Source: Candidatus Aminicenantes bacterium
GTDB lineage: Bacteria > Acidobacteriota > Aminicenantia > Aminicenantales > CALLJL01
DNA: 62,704 bases
Direction: 5' to 3'
Assembly: GCA_037441905.1 (NCBI GenBank)
Contig: JBBIRF010000012.1
Location: forward strand, 1-62,704
Part shown: piece by piece, positions 47,785 through 58,008 of the stretch
Layout of the letters: the number at the start of each line of letters is the position of its first letter
Position numbering within the stretch: position 1 is the stretch's first letter
The notes under the pieces: model-generated
Database searches by the model: none
Seen by the model: only the letters and a program-made list of their open reading frames with translations
What the model was told of the DNA's origin: nothing
Program-made: the position numbers and the translations under genes

Positions 47785-48810
47785 ATGAAAATTGAAGTGT
47801 GGCCATCTATTGTCCAGCTGAGCCAGGAAAGAGGCGTCGAACCGCAGATTATTGTCGACGCGATAAGAGAATCCTTAAGAGTCGCGGCGGCTAAATATTT
47901 TAGCAACGGAGAAAAAATAATTGTCGACTTTAAGCCAGAGGAAGGAAATCTGCGGGTTTATGTCATCAAGAAAGTCGTAGCTAAACCCCGAGATAAGGCA
48001 ACCGAGATATCTCTCGAAGAAGCTCAGGCGATATGGAGGAAGGCCAAGGAAGGCGATTTTCTCGAGATCGACCTTCCGGCCGAAACCTTGGGCCGGATCT
48101 CAGCTCAGGCAGCCAAACAGGTAATCTTCCAAAAAGTCCGCGACGCTGAGCAGGAAAAGATTTATGACGAATTCGCCGCCCGGGTGGGAGATATTGTCAC
48201 GGGAACGGTCCGGAGGTTTGAAGGGCAAAACATTATTGTTGATGTTAATAATACTGAGGTTATTTTTCCCCTCAAAGAAAAATTGCCTAATGAAGAATTC
48301 AGCCGGGGTGACCGGGTAAAAGCCGTCATCACTCATGTCATCAAGGGGCCAAAGGGCTCGCAAGTATTTATTTCCCGGACTTCCCCGCGGTTTCTGAGCA
48401 AGCTCCTCGAGCTCGAAACACCGGAGATTGCCAACGGGTTGATTGAAATCAAGGATATCGTCAGGCAACCGGGCGAAAGGGCAAAAGTGGCTGTTTTCAC
48501 TACGGAAAAAGATATCGACCCGGTTGGCGCCTGCGTCGGAGTTAGAGGGAACAGGATTCAAGCTATCAGCAAAGAACTCCAGGGAGAAAAAATTGATATT
48601 ATCATCTGGTCTTCTGACCCGGTAGCCTATGCGCAGAGAGCTCTGAGTCCGGCCAAAATCGAAAATATTTCTATAATCAACCCAAAAGATAAGGTTCTTC
48701 AAGCCCTTGTTCCCAAGAATCAGCTTTCGTTGGCCATCGGCAAGAAAGGGATTAACGTCAAACTGGCCTCAAGGCTTATCGGCTGGAAAATTGAGATAAA
48801 AGAAGAATAG
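47785..48810 (+). CDS. nusA: Transcription termination/antitermination factor NusA
   Basis: GRISAQAAKQVI, S1 domain, RQPGERAKVAV, DPVGACVG, QLSLAIGKKGINVKLA; alternative GTG start at 47776. Confidence 0.97.
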   Translation: MKIEVWPSIVQLSQERGVEPQIIVDAIRESLRVAAAKYFSNGEKIIVDFKPEEGNLRVYVIKKVVAKPRDKATEISLEEAQAIWRKAKEGDFLEIDLPAETLGRISAQAAKQVIFQKVRDAEQEKIYDEFAARVGDIVTGTVRRFEGQNIIVDVNNTEVIFPLKEKLPNEEFSRGDRVKAVITHVIKGPKGSQVFISRTSPRFLSKLLELETPEIANGLIEIKDIVRQPGERAKVAVFTTEKDIDPVGACVGVRGNRIQAISKELQGEKIDIIIWSSDPVAYAQRALSPAKIENISIINPKDKVLQALVPKNQLSLAIGKKGINVKLASRLIGWKIEIKEE

Positions 48811-48814
48811 AAAA

Positions 48815-50614
48815 ATGGAAAAAACCAACCCTAAGAAAAAAACAAAACCAGCGGCTAAAACTCCGCCGCCGCGACCTCGCTATCTTCTCGGCGAAGGGAT
48901 GACTTTGAAAGAGGTGGCCGAACGCTTAGGCGTCAAGACGCGGGACCTGCTGACCAAACTCGAAAGTCGGGGAAGAATTGCCGACGTCAACGACCTGGTT
49001 GATGAATCCCTCATCCCGATTCTCGGCCAGGAACTTAATTGTGACCTTGAGCTTGTCTCCTATGAACAAGAAGTCAAGGCCAGAGCCCTGGCGGCAGCCG
49101 ACCAGCTCGTTACCCGGCCTCCGGTAGTGACTATCATGGGCCATGTCGACCACGGAAAGACGACCCTCCTGGATGCAATTCGCCATTCCCACCTGGTCGA
49201 TAAAGAATACGGAGGAATCACCCAGCATATCGGCGCCTACCGGGTTTCCTGGCAAAACCGCTGGATTACCTTTATCGACACCCCTGGTCATGAAGCTTTT
49301 ACCCAGCTGCGTTCTCGGGGAGCCCAGGTCACGGACATCGTTGTTCTCGTCGTCGCGGCTGACGACGGAGTCATGCCCCAGACCAAAGAAGCCATCAGCC
49401 ACGCCCGAGCCGCTGGCGTTCCGATCATCGTGGCGATCAACAAAATCGACAAGCCTGAGGCCAACCCGGAGAGAGTTAAACAGCAGTTAGCCCAGGAAAA
49501 CCTTTTGGTCGAGGAATGGGGCGGAGAGACAATTTGCGTCGAGCTCTCGGCCAAGGAAAAGAAGAATATCAACGAGCTCCTCGAAATGATTCTTTTATTA
49601 GCCGACATCATCGAGATTAAAGCCAATCCGCGGGTTGAGGCTCAGGGGATTATTCTCGAGGCCAAGCTCGACCCGAAGAAAGGCCCGAGCGCCACCGTAA
49701 TCATCCAGCACGGGGTTCTTGTCCCCGGCCAGGCCTTCATTTCTGGCGTTACCTACGGAAAAGTGAGAGCCATGTTCGATGATTTCGGCCGGCCCATCCG
49801 CCGAGTCGAACCATCGATGCCGGCTGAAATCCTCGGGTTTTCGGCCGTGCCGGTAGCCGGAGATTATTTCCAGGTGGTGCCGGACATCATCAAAGCTCAG
49901 CGAATCGTCGAAGGAAGACTGGCCAAAACAAAAAAGGAAGAGCCTGCCCGGCCGCCAGTCCTTTCGCTGGATGAACTCTTCAAACAGGTGGAAAAAGGAG
50001 AGGTCAAAGAGCTTAACCTGATTGTCAAAGCCGATGTCCAGGGCTCAGTGGACGTCCTGCGGGGGCTGCTTCCCTCCTTCGGGACAGAAGAGGTTCAAGT
50101 GAAAATTCTTCACGCGGCTACCGGCCCGGTAACTGAATCAGACATCCTTCTTGCCTCCGCCTCAAAAGCGGTGATCCTGGCATATAACCTTCGGGTGCCT
50201 CCAGCCATCCAGGAGATGGCCCGACAGGAAAAGGTCGAAATCAGGAGCTACCAGGTAATCTATGAACTGATTGATGATATCAAGAAAGCGGTAAGGGGGA
50301 TGCTCGAGCCTGAAGTCAAGGAGATCCCCCTGGGCAAGGCTGAAGTCAGGAAAGTTTTTGAGATTTCCCGGGTGGGCAAGGTAGCTGGCTGCTATGTCCT
50401 CGAGGGAAAGATTACCCGCCAAGCCGAAGTTCGCGTCCTACGGAAGAACGAAGTAGTCTACCAGGGACGGGTGGCCTCTCTCAAACACTTGAAGGATAAC
50501 GTTACCGAAGTTAAGAAAGACATGGAATGCGGCATCGGGCTGGACAGGTTCCAGGACTTTCGCGAAGGTGACATCATCTTTGCCTTTCAGGTGCAAAAAA
50601 CCAAAGTTGACTAA
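48815..50614 (+). CDS. infB: Translation initiation factor IF-2 (short N-terminus)
   Basis: [42 protein letters not shown]. Confidence 0.98.
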   Translation: MEKTNPKKKTKPAAKTPPPRPRYLLGEGMTLKEVAERLGVKTRDLLTKLESRGRIADVNDLVDESLIPILGQELNCDLELVSYEQEVKARALAAADQLVTRPPVVTIMGHVDHGKTTLLDAIRHSHLVDKEYGGITQHIGAYRVSWQNRWITFIDTPGHEAFTQLRSRGAQVTDIVVLVVAADDGVMPQTKEAISHARAAGVPIIVAINKIDKPEANPERVKQQLAQENLLVEEWGGETICVELSAKEKKNINELLEMILLLADIIEIKANPRVEAQGIILEAKLDPKKGPSATVIIQHGVLVPGQAFISGVTYGKVRAMFDDFGRPIRRVEPSMPAEILGFSAVPVAGDYFQVVPDIIKAQRIVEGRLAKTKKEEPARPPVLSLDELFKQVEKGEVKELNLIVKADVQGSVDVLRGLLPSFGTEEVQVKILHAATGPVTESDILLASASKAVILAYNLRVPPAIQEMARQEKVEIRSYQVIYELIDDIKKAVRGMLEPEVKEIPLGKAEVRKVFEISRVGKVAGCYVLEGKITRQAEVRVLRKNEVVYQGRVASLKHLKDNVTEVKKDMECGIGLDRFQDFREGDIIFAFQVQKTKVD

Positions 50615-50619
50615 AAAAG

Positions 50620-50901
50620 ATGGTTATCGGCCTGCTCCTCCTGGAAATCCATCTGCCGCATTCTACTTCTCTCAAAGACAAGAGGTCGGCCCTCTCCAGG
50701 TTTAAAGAAAGAATCAAGCAACGCTTCAACGTTTCCCTGGCCGAAGTGGCTCATCAGGACAAGTGGCAGCGCGCCTCGCTTGCTTTTATCACTGTTAACA
50801 GCGACCAGCAGATTGTCGACCAGACGCTGGAGAAAATCCTGGGCGAAGCTGAAAAACTCTTGGACGCGGAAATCACCCGTTCAGAAATCCGCCACTTATA
50901 A
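50620..50901 (+). CDS. DUF503/YlxP family protein
   Basis: SLKDKR...FNVSLAEV..QD.WQRA; conserved position between infB and rbfA. Confidence 0.88.
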   Translation: MVIGLLLLEIHLPHSTSLKDKRSALSRFKERIKQRFNVSLAEVAHQDKWQRASLAFITVNSDQQIVDQTLEKILGEAEKLLDAEITRSEIRHL

Positions 50902-50924
50902 GCGCGGCCTCAGGGGAATTCTAG

Positions 50925-51272
50925 ATGAGTAAGACACGAAGACAAGAGAGAGTCGGCAGCCTTTTCCAGGAGGCTTTGAGCGAGGTCATCGCCCGCGACC
51001 TCCATTTAGCCTCGGCCGGCTTTGTGGCTGTCAGTCGGGTGGAGATGACCGGCGACTTGAAGGTCGCCAGGGTTTATTTGCGGGTTTTTGGCGGGGCTTC
51101 AGTCGAAGAGGTTCTCTCTTACTTAGAAAGACATAAATCTTTCATCCGCAGGATGCTTGCTTCCCGGGTTAATATTAAGTATAATCCAGAGCTATTTTTT
51201 GCCATTGACCCGGTGGCCGAACATGAAGCCAAAATCGACCAGGCCCTCGAAAAAATTAAACGGAATGAATGA
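50925..51272 (+). CDS. rbfA: Ribosome-binding factor A
   Basis: RRQERV, VEMTGDLKVARVY, YNPELFF. Confidence 0.92.
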   Translation: MSKTRRQERVGSLFQEALSEVIARDLHLASAGFVAVSRVEMTGDLKVARVYLRVFGGASVEEVLSYLERHKSFIRRMLASRVNIKYNPELFFAIDPVAEHEAKIDQALEKIKRNE

Positions 51273-52242
51273 GGCTATCATTAATCAGGTAGCTCGCCGC
51301 TTCCTGGACAGCCAGAAAATCATCATCAGCTCCCATCTTCGGCCGGACGGCGATTCAATCTGCACTTCCCTGGCCTTAGCTCTAATGGCCGAAGCCATGG
51401 GCAAGGAAGCCCTTATCATCAACCATGACCCTACTCCATTTCCTTTTACTCTTGTCCCTGATGTGGAAAGAATTCGCCTCGGGCAGATCTATCCCGAACC
51501 CGGCGATTGTGTCATTTTGCTCGAATGCGCCAGCGTGGAGCGCTCAGGCCAGGAGAATCTCGAGGGCTATTATCTGATTAACCTCGACCACCATTACTCC
51601 AATTTTCATTATGCGGCCATAAACTGGGTTGACCCGCAGGCCTCGGCCGTAGGCGAAATGGTTTTTTATCTTTCCCGCCTTCTGGGAATAAAGCTTACCC
51701 CGGCTATAGCTAATCATCTATATTGCGCTATTGTCTCGGATACAGGCGGCTTCCAGTTCTCGAACACCAGGGCCCAAACCTTTGCCGTCTGCCACGAACT
51801 GGTCAAGGCCGGGGCTGACCCCACGAAAACTTCGGAACTCCTTTTCAACAATTACTCCCCTGAAAAGGTCAAGCTGCTCGGGTTGGTTCTTTCGACTCTC
51901 CGGATGAACGCGCGAGGCAACATCGCGATCATCACGATGTTTCGTTCCTTCCTCGAACGACTCGGCCTCCAGGAGATTGATACCGAAGATATCACCACCA
52001 TCGCCCGGTCGATCCGCGGCGTTGACCTTGTTCTCTTCTTCAAGGAAATTGACCAGCAGACTTACCGAGTTAGCCTCAGGTCAAGAGGCCAGGTGAACGC
52101 TGCGCTGATTGCCGAGTATTTCGGAGGCGGAGGCCATGTCCACGCCGCCGGGTTCACGGTCTATGGGTCCTACGAATGCCTGATTCAAGAAGTCCCGCGC
52201 ACGGTCGAAAGGCTGGTCAATAATCTTTCGGCCTCCCCCTAA
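51265..52242 (+). CDS. nrnA: DHH/DHHA1 phosphoesterase (NrnA-like)
   Basis: SHLRPDGD, NLDHH, SDTGGF, SLRS, GGGGHVHAAG; start re-set to ATG 51265. Confidence 0.88.
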   Translation: MNEAIINQVARRFLDSQKIIISSHLRPDGDSICTSLALALMAEAMGKEALIINHDPTPFPFTLVPDVERIRLGQIYPEPGDCVILLECASVERSGQENLEGYYLINLDHHYSNFHYAAINWVDPQASAVGEMVFYLSRLLGIKLTPAIANHLYCAIVSDTGGFQFSNTRAQTFAVCHELVKAGADPTKTSELLFNNYSPEKVKLLGLVLSTLRMNARGNIAIITMFRSFLERLGLQEIDTEDITTIARSIRGVDLVLFFKEIDQQTYRVSLRSRGQVNAALIAEYFGGGGHVHAAGFTVYGSYECLIQEVPRTVERLVNNLSASP

Positions 52243-52272
52243 CTCCCTGAGAAATTCCTCCGGGAAGGAATT

Positions 52273-53190
52273 ATGGTCGAAGGTATCATACTCGTTAATA
52301 AACCCGCCGGGCTTACCTCGCACGATGTTGTCAAAAGACTTCGGCAGGCGAGCGGCTGGAAGAAAATCGGTCATTTTGGGACTCTCGACCCCCTCGCTAC
52401 TGGCCTTCTTCTCCTGGGGATTGGCCGGGCAACACGACTTTTCCCGGTTCTTTCCAGGCTTCCGAAGGTTTACCGGGCGACAATCCGTCTGGGAATGGCC
52501 ACGGATACTTATGACGCTGAAGGCAACGCTTTATCGCCCCCTTCTTCTGAATTTCCCTCGAAAGAAGAGCTTCTCCGGCTGGTCGAAGAATTCGAAGGGG
52601 AAAAAGAGCAACTCCCTCCCCCCTACTCGGCCAAGAAATACCGCGGCCGGCCTCTTTACCGCCTGGCGCGGCGTGGCCAACCTGTTCCTTTAAAGCCGAT
52701 TAAAGTAATAATCTACCGTCTGGATTTGCTTGATTATACCCCGCCCGACCTCATTATTGAGCTGGTCTGCAGTTCGGGCACCTACGTCAGGTCGCTGGCG
52801 CATGAACTCGGCCAGAAGGCGGGTTGCGGCGCCCATCTTTTCCGCTTAACCCGGTTATCAATCGGTCCGTTCAGCCTGAACAACGCTTTTTCCTTAGAGG
52901 AAGTCGAAGTGTATCTCAAAGAAAAGCAGCCAGAAAAAGTCGTGTTTCCTCTGGAGAAGGTCCTCGAAGACACTCCTAAGGCTGTTTTAAAAGCAAGAGT
53001 GTCCTGGCCGCTTAGAAAGGGCCGGCCGCTGCCTGCCGCCGCTATCCAGGCTGTTATTTTTTCGGAGACGGCACCGCCTTCCCCTGGCGAGGAAAAAATC
53101 ATCCGCCTTTTCAGCCAAGAAGGGAATTTCGTAGGGCTCGCGCGACCAGGAGAGGAACCAGGGACGGTTGTTCCCTTTCTCCTGCTTTGA
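52273..53190 (+). CDS. truB: tRNA pseudouridine(55) synthase
   Basis: NKPAGLTSHDVV, GHFGTLDPLATG, PPPYSAKK, CSSGTYVRSLA. Confidence 0.97.
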   Translation: MVEGIILVNKPAGLTSHDVVKRLRQASGWKKIGHFGTLDPLATGLLLLGIGRATRLFPVLSRLPKVYRATIRLGMATDTYDAEGNALSPPSSEFPSKEELLRLVEEFEGEKEQLPPPYSAKKYRGRPLYRLARRGQPVPLKPIKVIIYRLDLLDYTPPDLIIELVCSSGTYVRSLAHELGQKAGCGAHLFRLTRLSIGPFSLNNAFSLEEVEVYLKEKQPEKVVFPLEKVLEDTPKAVLKARVSWPLRKGRPLPAAAIQAVIFSETAPPSPGEEKIIRLFSQEGNFVGLARPGEEPGTVVPFLLL

Positions 53191-53388
53191 GGTCTCTGCT
53201 TTAGGATATCTCCCAGGGTAGTTTCTCTGCTTCCGTCAAAAATTAGCCAGTTAACGGGGAAAAATGCCGGATAAGACCAGTTCAAACCGGGAAATCTAAG
53301 CTCCCAACGGTTTCGACCAGGATTTTTTCTCGCAGCAAGCCCCAACTTCTTGAATTTTGGCCGGGGGTAGTGTATTTTAAAAGATGAT

Positions 53389-53667
53389 ATGAGGCTAAAT
53401 AAAAATCAAATTGACCATATGGCTTCGGTCATCGTCCGGAATCTTATCCGCGACGGCAAAATTACGGTGGAAGATAAGGCCAAACTAATCGAAGAAATCA
53501 TTAACCTCCTCCAGGCCGAATTCATCAAAGAAGACCAGCTCGACCAGGAAGTCCGCGAGATCCTGAGCAAACACATGGAAAAGATAAGACGCGAGAATAT
53601 CGAATACCAGACCATGTTCCGGATGATTAAGACCAAGCTGGCCAAGGAAAGGAATATCGTCCTGTGA
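53389..53667 (+). CDS. DUF507 family protein
   Basis: MRL...EDQLDQEVREIL...YQTMFRMIKTKLAKERNIVL. Confidence 0.8.
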   Translation: MRLNKNQIDHMASVIVRNLIRDGKITVEDKAKLIEEIINLLQAEFIKEDQLDQEVREILSKHMEKIRRENIEYQTMFRMIKTKLAKERNIVL

Positions 53668-53954
53668 CCAACAGGTTATCCCGGGAGAAAATCAACCATT
53701 TAGCCCGTCTAATCCTGAACCATCTCCTCCATAGCGACCAGGTTGAATTCATGGACGAGCCGAATGAAATCAGGCTCTCGGTCGTTCGCTCAATCGAAGA
53801 AGAACTCAAGCTGTATGAAGCCCTCGACAAGAAGGCTACCGAAAAAATTCAGGCCCAAAAAAAACCGATCGAAGAAGGGAGCCGTGAGTGGGAGATCCTC
53901 TACCGGAAGTATTACAACGAAGAGCTCGCCAAGCTCGGCAAGGTCGTTGACTGA
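53664..53954 (+). CDS. DUF507 family protein (second, divergent paralog)
   Basis: RLSREKINHLA...EGSREWEILYRKYYNEEL; GTGA overlap. Confidence 0.8.
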   Translation: MTNRLSREKINHLARLILNHLLHSDQVEFMDEPNEIRLSVVRSIEEELKLYEALDKKATEKIQAQKKPIEEGSREWEILYRKYYNEELAKLGKVVD

Positions 53955-54375
53955 CGCCTGTTCTAATAAGGTCGGCTTCCAGCCGGTCGAAGTCGAGCAA
54001 AGGGTTCGGTATTCTGAAGTCGACCGGATGGGCGTGGCCCATAACAAACATTACCTTGAATGGTTTGAAATCGGCCGAACCGAGCTCTGCCGGCAGAAGG
54101 GCATACCTTACAAAGAAATCGAGGAAAGAGGCTTTTTTCTCGTCGTCGCTGAGGCCTTCTGCCGCTATCGCCGGCCCTTGCGCTACGATGACCGGTTCAT
54201 TATTCAAGTGAGCTGTCCAGAGGCCAGACCGAGGAAAGTTGTTTTTAGCTACACTCTTCTGAGCCTTGACCGGTCAACCGTCTTCGCCGAGGGTTACACG
54301 GTTCACGTCCCGGTCAACAAGGGGGCTGAAGTTACTCCCCTGCCTGAAGAATGGGTCTCCCGTCTCTCCTCATAA
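53947..54375 (+). CDS. Acyl-CoA thioesterase (YbgC/4HBT hotdog fold)
   Basis: RVRYSEVDRMGVAHNKHYLEWFEIGRTE, YRRPLRYDD; probable TTG start at 53947 overlapping the upstream stop. Confidence 0.85.
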   Translation: MTDACSNKVGFQPVEVEQRVRYSEVDRMGVAHNKHYLEWFEIGRTELCRQKGIPYKEIEERGFFLVVAEAFCRYRRPLRYDDRFIIQVSCPEARPRKVVFSYTLLSLDRSTVFAEGYTVHVPVNKGAEVTPLPEEWVSRLSS

Positions 54376-54580
54376 GAATTACCCCGAAGCCAGCACAGGC
54401 CTGTCTGGTTCCAACACCCTCCCGCCCGAATCTAAAGCGGACTGGCTGAATAAAAGCCGGCCGGTTTGGCCGAACTCACATTCTCCTTATGAAAAAGCCT
54501 TTGCTTCTTCTTTTTTTCTTTCCTCTTTTCTGATATAAATGCCTCTCTAATTATTATCATGTCATTACAAGGAGGGATTA

Positions 54581-57500
54581 ATGTTTTCTAAACGGCACCC
54601 TTTTGGCTTTGGGTCTCATGTCAGTTTAATCCTGGCTTTTTTTCTTCTGACCGTATCTCTGGCCGAAGCTCAAGAAAAGCTTCCTGTCGAAACCAAGGAC
54701 CTCGATGTTTTTAGCTGGCGTCACATCGGGCCCTGGTCTTTTTCTGGCAGGATAACCAACGTCGCCGTCCCCCGTGGCCAGACCCTGACTTATTATGTTT
54801 TGACTGCCAGCGGTGGTCTCTGGAAAACAGTCGACGGAGGTATCCATTTCGAGCCGATATTCGAAAAATACGGCAACATGAGCATGGGCTATTTGGCCAT
54901 CGCTCCTTCTGACCCGAATATTCTTTATTTAGGCACAGGTGAACCCATGCATGCCCGCTCGAGCGCCCACGGCAACGGCGTCTGGAAATCAACCGACGCC
55001 GGAAAGACCTGGACGCATATCGGGCTTGAAAAGAGCTACTTCATTCCGAAAATCGAAGTCGACTTCAAGAACCCCGATATCGTCTACGTAGCTTGTGAGG
55101 GGAAGCTCTACGACAACGAAATGGATTGCGAACGCGGTCTTTATAAGACGACCGATGGAGGAAAAACCTGGACCAATGTTTTTCCCGTTAAGGACAGGGG
55201 GGTGGCTGATTTTATCATCGACCCCCGCAACTCGGACATCGTTATCGCCGCGGCCTATAAGACTTTCCGCCGCACCTGGACTTATATTGACCGCCAGCCT
55301 GGAAACCATCTGTATAAGACCACGGATGGGGGCAAGACCTGGAAAAAACTTACTAACGGGTTGCCGACTGAAATCGACCTGGGAAGGACGGGGCTCACGA
55401 TTTTTGAAAAAAACCCCAACATTATCTATGCCCGGATTGACGAGGAGGTTAACCTCGGATACGACCAGAGGGAGAATGCGGCCAATTTCAGGCCCGGCCA
55501 GCTTTTCCGGGACGATTTCTATTTCAACAAGTTCAAGACTTACAAAATCCATCCCGAGGTGGCCAAACTGGTTAAGTTCACCCCGCCCCAGGCTGAAGAC
55601 GAGGTGGGCCTCGTCCGTCAGCTTAACGACCTCGTCCGGGATAAAGAGTTTATGACCAAAATAGGCGCCGATTTAGCCAAGCTCCAGTCCGTAGCCAAAA
55701 AAGTCCACGCGAAGAATAAAGAATTGATGGAAGCTATCGCCCAGGTTGAAAAAATGCTCAAGGAGCCAGAGTCAGAAAATACCAAAGGCCGGTATCAAGT
55801 GCTCAACCGCCACGTTCTGGAAATTCTCTATGCCGACGCTTTCCGCAACCTCCAACCGGTAAAAAGGTCGGGCGTGGTTTATCGGTCGGACGACCAGGGA
55901 GAAACCTGGCGCCGGATGACGGAATACAAGATTGTCGGCGGAAGCGCTCAGGTTAACCAGACTGAGGCTGGTTATTACGGAAGAATTTATGTTGACCAGA
56001 CCAACGAAAACCGGCTCTATTGCGGCGACACTAACGTCACGATTTCCGAAGATGCCGGCAAAACTTTCAAAGTTTCCGGGTGGGACGGCAATTTTAAAAC
56101 CCATGTCGACCACCGCGCCCTCTGGATTGACCCCGAGAACCCCAACCACATCCTGAGCGCCAACGACGGCGGTTTAAGCGAAACCTGGGACGGAGGCAAA
56201 CACTGGCACCAAAAAGAAACCATCAGCGCCCAGCAGTTCTACGACGTCGCCGTGGATAATTGCCTTCCCTACAATGTCATGGGAGGAACCCAGGATAACG
56301 GCTGCTGGATAGGCCCCTCCCGTAATCGTAACCCTAATGGTGTCTATCCCGCGGATTGGCTTTACCTGCCAACTGGCGACGGTTTTTATGCTGTCCGAGA
56401 TTTCTGGAACAACGAATTTATTTACTACGAGAGCCAGTTTGGCAACTCCAGCCGGATGAACTTGAAAACCGGAGAAACCGGCCGTCTTGCCCGGCGGAAT
56501 ACTCCGGAGGAGACAGCCGCTGGAGCTCCGCCGCAACGATACCAGTGGAACGCACCCATCTTTCTTTCCCCGCACAACCCGGGGATTGTGTATGTTTGCT
56601 CCCAGTATGTCCATCGTTCGCTCACCCGGGGAGAACCGAATACGTGGCAGACGATAAGCCCCGACTTGACCAAGAACGAAAAAGAAAAAATCGAACTCTC
56701 CAAGAAAACCAACTTGCAGTATGCCACTATTTATACTTTTGCCGAATCTCCGAAAAAACCGGGAATTCTGTGGGCTGGCACCGATGACGGCAACTTACAG
56801 CTGAGCCCGGACGGCGGGGTTAACTGGATAAACATTACCGCCCGCTTTTACGACCAGAAAGGCCAGCCGAAAAAAGACATTAAAGGCGCCAGGATTCCTT
56901 ATGACCGCTGGGTAGTCCGGGTGCTGCCTTCGGCCTTCGACGCCAATACCTGCTATGTGGCTTACTCAGGATATCGGACCCACAACGAGGACAAGACTTA
57001 CCTTTTTGTTACCAGAGACCTGGGGCAGACTTTTGAAGATATCAGTGGCGGGATGAACAACCCGGTAAACGACATCGAAGAAGACCCGGATAACCCGAAT
57101 ATCCTTTACTTGGCGACTGATTACGGCGTTTTCATTACGTTTGACCAGGGGAAAAACTGGGTAAAATTTTCCTCGACAGCGCCTGATGTAATTATCATGG
57201 ACTTAGCCATCCAAAAGAGAGACCGGGACTTAGTCATCGGCACCTACGGCCGAGGAATCTACATCGCCGATATTTTCCCGCTTAAAGAATTCAAGCCGGA
57301 AAACTTGAGCCAGGAGGCTTATCTTTTTGAGCCCCAGGAAACTGTTAAATGGAATATGTTCGACCGCCGCGGGAGCACGATGGGCGAAGCGGCCCGGGCT
57401 CAGAACCCTCCAGTGGGCGCAACGATATATTATTTTCTTAAGAACAAAGCCGAAAAAGTGACCGTGAGCCTAAAAGACATTGAAGGCAAGGTCATCCAGG

Positions 57501-57721
57501 AGATAAACGGACCCACCGCGGTCGGCATCCAGAAAGTTTTCTGGAACCTTTCCGCCCGAAGCGCCCAGCCAGAGGCCGAACAGCCAAGGTTTATGGGACG
57601 TGGCAGACAGACGACAGTGGAACCGGGAACTTACCTGGTTGTCTTCTCGGTTAACGGCAAAGAGGTGGCCACAAAAAAACTGGTTGTCAGTCCGGACCCA
57701 CTCGACAGGACAATAATTTAA
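54581..57721 (+). CDS. Secreted BNR/Asp-box (VPS10/sortilin-like) double beta-propeller protein, putative glycosyl hydrolase
   Basis: WRHIGP..SGRI, repeated (S/T)xDGGKTW Asp-boxes, GGTQDNG, GDGF, GTYGRG, FlgD/Ig-like tail. Confidence 0.85.
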   Translation: MFSKRHPFGFGSHVSLILAFFLLTVSLAEAQEKLPVETKDLDVFSWRHIGPWSFSGRITNVAVPRGQTLTYYVLTASGGLWKTVDGGIHFEPIFEKYGNMSMGYLAIAPSDPNILYLGTGEPMHARSSAHGNGVWKSTDAGKTWTHIGLEKSYFIPKIEVDFKNPDIVYVACEGKLYDNEMDCERGLYKTTDGGKTWTNVFPVKDRGVADFIIDPRNSDIVIAAAYKTFRRTWTYIDRQPGNHLYKTTDGGKTWKKLTNGLPTEIDLGRTGLTIFEKNPNIIYARIDEEVNLGYDQRENAANFRPGQLFRDDFYFNKFKTYKIHPEVAKLVKFTPPQAEDEVGLVRQLNDLVRDKEFMTKIGADLAKLQSVAKKVHAKNKELMEAIAQVEKMLKEPESENTKGRYQVLNRHVLEILYADAFRNLQPVKRSGVVYRSDDQGETWRRMTEYKIVGGSAQVNQTEAGYYGRIYVDQTNENRLYCGDTNVTISEDAGKTFKVSGWDGNFKTHVDHRALWIDPENPNHILSANDGGLSETWDGGKHWHQKETISAQQFYDVAVDNCLPYNVMGGTQDNGCWIGPSRNRNPNGVYPADWLYLPTGDGFYAVRDFWNNEFIYYESQFGNSSRMNLKTGETGRLARRNTPEETAAGAPPQRYQWNAPIFLSPHNPGIVYVCSQYVHRSLTRGEPNTWQTISPDLTKNEKEKIELSKKTNLQYATIYTFAESPKKPGILWAGTDDGNLQLSPDGGVNWINITARFYDQKGQPKKDIKGARIPYDRWVVRVLPSAFDANTCYVAYSGYRTHNEDKTYLFVTRDLGQTFEDISGGMNNPVNDIEEDPDNPNILYLATDYGVFITFDQGKNWVKFSSTAPDVIIMDLAIQKRDRDLVIGTYGRGIYIADIFPLKEFKPENLSQEAYLFEPQETVKWNMFDRRGSTMGEAARAQNPPVGATIYYFLKNKAEKVTVSLKDIEGKVIQEINGPTAVGIQKVFWNLSARSAQPEAEQPRFMGRGRQTTVEPGTYLVVFSVNGKEVATKKLVVSPDPLDRTII

Positions 57722-57946
57722 AGGAGAGGCATCCCAGCGTAAGCTAACTCTGGAGCTTTAATGGCCAGAGGATAAAAAGTCGGCGCGCATCTTTTTGACC
57801 CAGGAGGAAAAATAAAGTTTTCGAGCAGCCAACTTAGGGAAAGAAGCTTAAGTTTTTGATTTGAAAAGCGTCGGCGAGCGGTCATCTGGCCGCAAAAACC
57901 ATCAGGCAAGAATAAAGTTTATAACCTGGCGCACCAAGAATAATCC

Positions 57947-57978
57947 AAAAAAGAAAGGCCGGCTTAAAGCCGGCCCTT
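57947..57978 (-). terminator. Intrinsic terminator of the PKD/barrel gene
   Basis: Minus strand GGCCGGC-TTTAA-GCCGGCC followed by TTTCTTTTTT, about 30 nt after the stop at 58009. Confidence 0.75.
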
Positions 57979-58008
57979 CCTTCTGATAAGCTACGCCGCA
58001 GTGCTTCT

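Noticed and set aside
53743-53946. Long N-terminus of the thioesterase ORF
   Set aside because: It is an alternate frame within the second DUF507 gene
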